DNA of 53,715 nucleotides from Diploschistes diacapsis (Eukaryota). Made by a program: the position numbers and the translations under genes. Where the stretch lies: the NCBI GenBank assembly GCA_023645945.1, contig JALAIB010000009.1, positions 1 to 53,715 on the forward strand, read 5' to 3'. Position 1 is the stretch's first letter, and each line of letters opens with the position of its first letter. This document shows, piece after piece, positions 48,666 through 53,715 of this stretch. A model generated the notes under the pieces. The model was given only the letters and a program-made list of their open reading frames with translations. It had not been told where the DNA came from and did no database searches.

Positions 48666-49934
48666 ATGGAATGCAAGTCCTGCTCTATCGGGTTGATATT
48701 ATTTGATTGAAGCGGATGTCATGCGTCTTGTTGCAGAGGGCCATCTTTAATAATACAGCCAGGATTGCATGCGTGTTGAATTAGAAGGCCTTGAGGTACT
48801 TGGAAAGTTCACTAGATAATCAGCAACATAATGAATCTAATCGACCATCGCGAACGTTGGGGAAGACCGTGGGAGCATCTTAACACCTGAGGCTCCTTAA
48901 TAACAAGCCATTTCTCTTCTCTTGTAATCTATCCCATCTCCCAAAGCTCGAATCCTGATACGACCGATGGCGGCTAAATCGGACGTGTATGAATCCAATA
49001 ATCCCACCACCGAAAACGCTGAAGGTACAATAGGGAGTATTGTATCCACGTAAGGGATAATCTCGCTTTCTAGAAGACCACCCAAGACAGAAAACCGATG
49101 CAACTAACTATAGGAGTCAGCCAGGACGTCAAGATCGATGTCAGCCATCACAGACATGTAACATTTATGTTGAAGCGACTATTTTGCTTTCGTGGTATAA
49201 ACATACTTGCTGTCGCCTAGGGATGATGAGTTGCATGGTGCTTTTGGGGAGTACCCTGGATGCATAGGGTATGAATACTATAAGGTGTGGTGTAGTAGCA
49301 AGTGCCATGGCTGCACTTTTTTGTATATAGACGTACTCAACATTTTTGGCCCTGACACTCCACGATTTATCTAGCTATTGCCTTAATTATGTTTCGCTCT
49401 GCTTCAAGTACGTTTCTAAATCCGCAGTAGATTAATCGCTGACGCCCAGAGGCCGAGGTATCAGAATCGTATCTTTGAGTGGTTAAAAACTTTGGCTCGC
49501 GAGTATCGAGCATCGATACTCTTACATAAGTGACATCCTCGACCGCGCGATGTGTGATTAGTTCGAGGGTGAAGTGCAACACAAAGACTGTGAGAAAGAT
49601 TTGAAACATGTAACAAATGCGATGAAGCCAATAGAACAGGCTATACTTGTAAAGACGTCACGCCAGCAAAAAGCAAAACGACGGCTAGTCTAGATGAAAC
49701 GTCGAAGAAACCTAGGAAATATTCAAAGTGCCTCTCTTTAACCGACACATTTACAGTCCAGAAGTACTCACCCCATTGCAGGGCCTAACGAGCCCATGCT
49801 GGTTTACAGTAGGAAATAATGATTCCAATAGCCGTGGCGATGGCCATAATGGTCAAACTTTGTTCAAATCTGCTTTTGCTCAATCGGATCGATTGGCTGT
49901 ACAATTTCGTTGTACTGCATTTGATTGATAGTCA

Positions 49935-50530
49935 GTCAGGATTTTGAAGGTGGAAAGAGATAGATACCCCTTAGATCGCTAATGATCCTCCCACATTCCT
50001 TGTATCTACTTCGCCAACATTTCTGGATGATGCACGCAACTCCTTACAGAGAGACCCGGTTTCGGGAAACATGCAATTCATGTACCGGGAATTAATTTCT
50101 CTCTCAGCCAAGTCGTCGTAAGGAGCGTATCCAGTCATGCCTTCGTAACACATGGAACCGATGGCAATTAGATCGCCCTGCACGCTCAAGGGATTTCCTG
50201 GATATTAATGGCTAGCGGTCACGGCGACGAGGAGTAGAGAAGTGTCTATTGATGATACAGCAAAATCGGCAAGCTAGCATTCAGGTTCTCGTCCAAAAAG
50301 ACATTGTGGCATGTAAGATCTCCGTGAATGATGCCGGCTTGGTGGACAAAATGGAGCGCTCCCGCTATCTAAAGGGTCCCACCACAGGCGTTGTTCCTTT
50401 TGTTGTATGTGTTCATGTTATGCTTCGGCGCGTACTCCAGGCGGATACCGGATTCGAAGACTCCATGGTACAATAAGATCCCGCGGTGTCTTCCACGGCC
50501 GGTAAGTCGTTATAGATCTGTCTCTCTCTT
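49935..50530 (-). pseudogene. Protein kinase pseudogene fragment (fungal HGD...LADF type)
   Basis: ERQIY-RL...ILLYHGVFESGIRLEYAP, IAGALHFVHQAGIIHGDLTCHNVFLDENLNA-LADFA, GDLIAIGSMCYEGMTGYAPY and IIQKCW. Stops at 50369-50371 (TAG) and 50205-50207 (TAA), plus about three frameshifts. Confidence 0.88.
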
Positions 50531-51020
50531 AACAAGAGCTCGAATTCTGACATCAAAGAATTGAAAGCGATGACAAGAGGGGAAACGAGGTTATTGCGCA
50601 GATAAAAAGAATTTGCCCGTCGACTCTTGGAATCTGAGTTTAGGGCTGAATCACAAGCAGCCCTATAAGCCATTGGTGGCCATTACTGAAGAATTTGTGC
50701 GTTATAGTCTTGGACATAAGCAGCTTGAGGAAGATAAGTTAAGTGCGTAGAAAACCCAAACAAAGAGTGAATATATGAAGGCGTTCCGATAATATGATTA
50801 GGGTGGATGGATGAGTAGGAGTCGAGCTTTGGGTGCGAGCAGTTAAATTCAGATGCGTGATGTGATACTATTAGCTGTCTACGTCATTCCACATGTAGAG
50901 CTTTAATCTTCTCTATTACACGCCTACCTTTAGTATCAAAAACAACGTAAAATGCCTTTCATTGTATAATCTCCGCTTTTCTGCTTATTCTTATATGCAG
51001 CCCACGATCTCTACTTATTC

Positions 51021-52971
51021 ATGTTGCTCCCAATAGGTTTTGCGCCGGCCTTGCTGGCAGTGGCGCGCGCAGCTCAGCCTTCAGCGCCGAAGCCGGTTGC
51101 TGCACCGTTAAGGGACCTTCCTATAGGACAGCTCAATTTCTTACACACAACAGACACTCATGGTTGGCATGCAGGACACTTGCAAGAGTAAGCTCTAACG
51201 GCTCGCTCTGTTCGGTCCTGACTTCTCTTCACCAGGCCTTCGTTCAGTGCTGACTGGGGTGACTACTACTCGTTTACAGAGCGCTTGCGCCAGAGGATAG
51301 AGGGAGAAGGCCGTGATCTACTTCTTATAGATACTGGCGACAGAGTAGAAGGTAATGGCCTTTACGATGCTTCGAATCCACAGGGGAACTATACTAGGGA
51401 CATATTCCAGCAACAACACATGGACGTGATATGTGTAGGCAATCACGAGTATGGAAGGCCTTCAGTATCCCCTTGCCGCAAGTCGAACTGATCTTATTAG
51501 GCTGTATAAATACAACACATCGGATCATGAGTTCTTTGGCATGGTCCCTGGCTACAAACAGAACTATCTTGCTAGCAATGTTGACTTCCTTGACCCAAAG
51601 GACGGCAAGAGAAAACCGTTCGCGCAACGCTATAGAAAGTTTTCGACCAAAATTCATGGGGTGAGGGTGCTAGCATTCGGGTTCTTGTTTGACTTCACTG
51701 GGAATGACAAAAACACTGTGGTGCAGCCCGTTGAGGATACGATCAGGGAGCAGTGGTTTCAGGATGCGATCCGGGATCGGGATGTGGATCTCTTCGTAGT
51801 GGCTGGCCATGTCGGGCTAACCCAAGGAGAGTTCGAAAACTTATACCGAGCAATAAGAGATGTGCAGTGGGATGTGCCTATTATGTTTTTCGGTGGTCAC
51901 TTGCACATCCGCGACTACAAAAAGTTCGATGACAAAGCCTACGGCCTTGCGAGCGGTCGATATATGGAGACAATTGGCTTCCAATCAATTTCGGGGCTTC
52001 CTAGCCACAAGGAACAGGACGAAAGTATGAGCGTACAGCTGGTGCAGCCGAACTTCGCTCGCCGCTACATCGACAACAACCTTTACTCTTTTCAACACCA
52101 CACTCATTTGAATGAGACGACCTTCCCAACTGATCGTGGACGGAATATTTCCTCAATGATAGCTAAAGCGCGCAAAGAGCTCGATCTTGACAAGCGTTAC
52201 GGGTGCGCTCCCCAAGACTACTGGATGACTCGAGCCCCCTATCCTTCCGAAGACAGCATCTTCACCTGGCTAGATTCGCATGTCGTACCCGACAAGGTGG
52301 TCGAGCCCAGGCGCGCCGACAAACCTCGAATCATTATCGGCAACACAGGCGCCATGCGCTTCGATATATTCAAAGGCCCCTTCAACAGGGACACAGAGTT
52401 CATTGTATCACCCTTCACCTCTGGATTCCGCTATATCAAGCACGTACCCTACAGCACCGCTGATCGGCTGCTCGAGGTCCTGAACAACGCTGGCCAATTC
52501 TTCTCCAGCTCTTCCTCTGAACTTGGCACGAAAGAACTTGCTCCACCCGAAGAAGCCTCAACTCGCTACACCAAAGTCCTTCCCCCATCATCGTCAAAAA
52601 ACCATCTGCACCTCCAAAACCCTGAGTACCCAGGCTCCCTGTCTTTGCTCTCAAGAGAGCCTGGCCTCACACCTGGCTATACTACTATCGACGACGCCGG
52701 TACCGACGGCGACGACACCATTCATTCACAGCTCGCCTTCTACAAAGTTCCGCCCTGTTTTGAGTCGAGGGTAAATGTCAAGGATTATGTTAAGCCCGAG
52801 GAAACAGTAGACGTAGTGTACCTTGACTTTATACAGCCATGGGTGCTAGCTGCAATGAGGTTTCTAGGTGCGGAGTACAAGGATGGGGATACGGCGCCTT
52901 ATGCGGAGGGAAAGAGTTTTACGCGGATGATAAGGGAATGGGTGGAGGAGAATTGGAAGGGTGATTGTTGA
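51021..52971 (+). CDS. Secreted/vacuolar calcineurin-like metallophosphoesterase, 5'-nucleotidase-like (YHR202W-type). Exons 51021-51187, 51236-51448, 51501-52971
   Basis: Signal peptide MLLPIGFAPALLAVARAA. Metal-binding motifs HTTDTHGW, DTGD, GNHE, VAGH and GGHLH, plus SGRYMETIG. Confidence 0.9.
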
Positions 52972-53715
52972 ACTAAGGAAGAGGAGTTGTAAATGGAGTA
53001 CTGGCATAAGGGATTTACGAAAGGCGCATTCAGAGAAATGGGCGTGCATGGGCGGATTATTCCTGGAACATCATTTCGTAGGAGGAATCGTGCTGGCTGG
53101 TAGTTGTAAATGTCTGTATCCAAACATAGTTTTTCCTACATTGAGCATTTGTGTAGGACAAGAAATTCCTCTGCACCTGAAGATATTGTCGGTCAGATTC
53201 AAATGTAACGGGATCTTCAGTTAGCTGTCCAGCTTGCCTGGTTACCAGCGCACACCGGTCCTAGTGATCTTATTCATTATCTGCACCGTTTCTTCGCTAC
53301 AGCGTGTCGGCTTCTACAGAAGTCCAAAATTGTCGAGCACGATGAGACCAACCAGCCCATAACCTACAGCCACTACTACCCCACACTGTTGATGTCCAGA
53401 GCTCTCAGCAGGCCGCCACACAGCGCACGGTTGAAAGTGCAAGTTACCGAAACGGAGCGCACAATCGAGTCGACGCTCAAAAGCTCCTTGGCCAGTCGTT
53501 CCAAGATCCGCTTACGCTTATACATTCCCGGAACGCAACACCTTATTCGTTATCGGTGACCTCCGTGATAAACGCATCCGCCCCCCCCCAGATGCCCCCA
53601 TCCGCGGCAAATGATGGAGCGCAAAGCCTCTGAGACCGTAGTGGGGATGCCGTCGATGGCAGGGTTTGCCCGTGTCAAGGGGTCGAACCGTTGCGATATC
53701 CCGAGTTCCCCAGCC

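Noticed and set aside
49220..49356. ATGATGA ... CTGA, possible box C/D snoRNA
   Set aside because: No terminal stem or recognisable rRNA-antisense guide was seen; such motifs occur by chance.
53670..53715. GGTTCGACC on the minus strand, resembling a tRNA T-loop
   Set aside because: The flanking bases do not form a T-stem or acceptor stem.

Overview
Eukaryotic DNA from a filamentous ascomycete (Pezizomycotina-type GT-AG introns with CTAAC branch points). It is mostly a housekeeping region: Rab GTPase (partial), CYP7/8-like P450, cytochrome b2, a micro-exon hypothetical gene, YKT6, SLH1 helicase, NC2-beta, DID2, HAC1/hacA, bystin ENP1, COMPASS BRE2/ASH2, an RBR/IBR ligase, an SDR, a Zn2Cys6 factor, MCP1-like protein, GatA/HER2, a MYND/DUF4470 protein and a secreted 5'-nucleotidase-like phosphoesterase. 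Three frameshifted pseudogenes (PP2C phosphatase, Pth11-like membrane protein, protein kinase) and a 171-bp MITE-like inverted repeat are interspersed. The most notable observation is the HAC1 Ire1-type unconventional intron: it is 21 nt, preserves frame and carries an in-frame TGA, so splicing would remove a stop codon rather than shift frame. Also noted: non-canonical splice sites in the Rab and DID2 genes, a UPRE-like motif upstream of HAC1, a candidate unannotated spliced transcript near 35 kb, and recurring local CA-rich to GT-rich skew switches. Gene models and exon boundaries were built by hand, and no database search was run.
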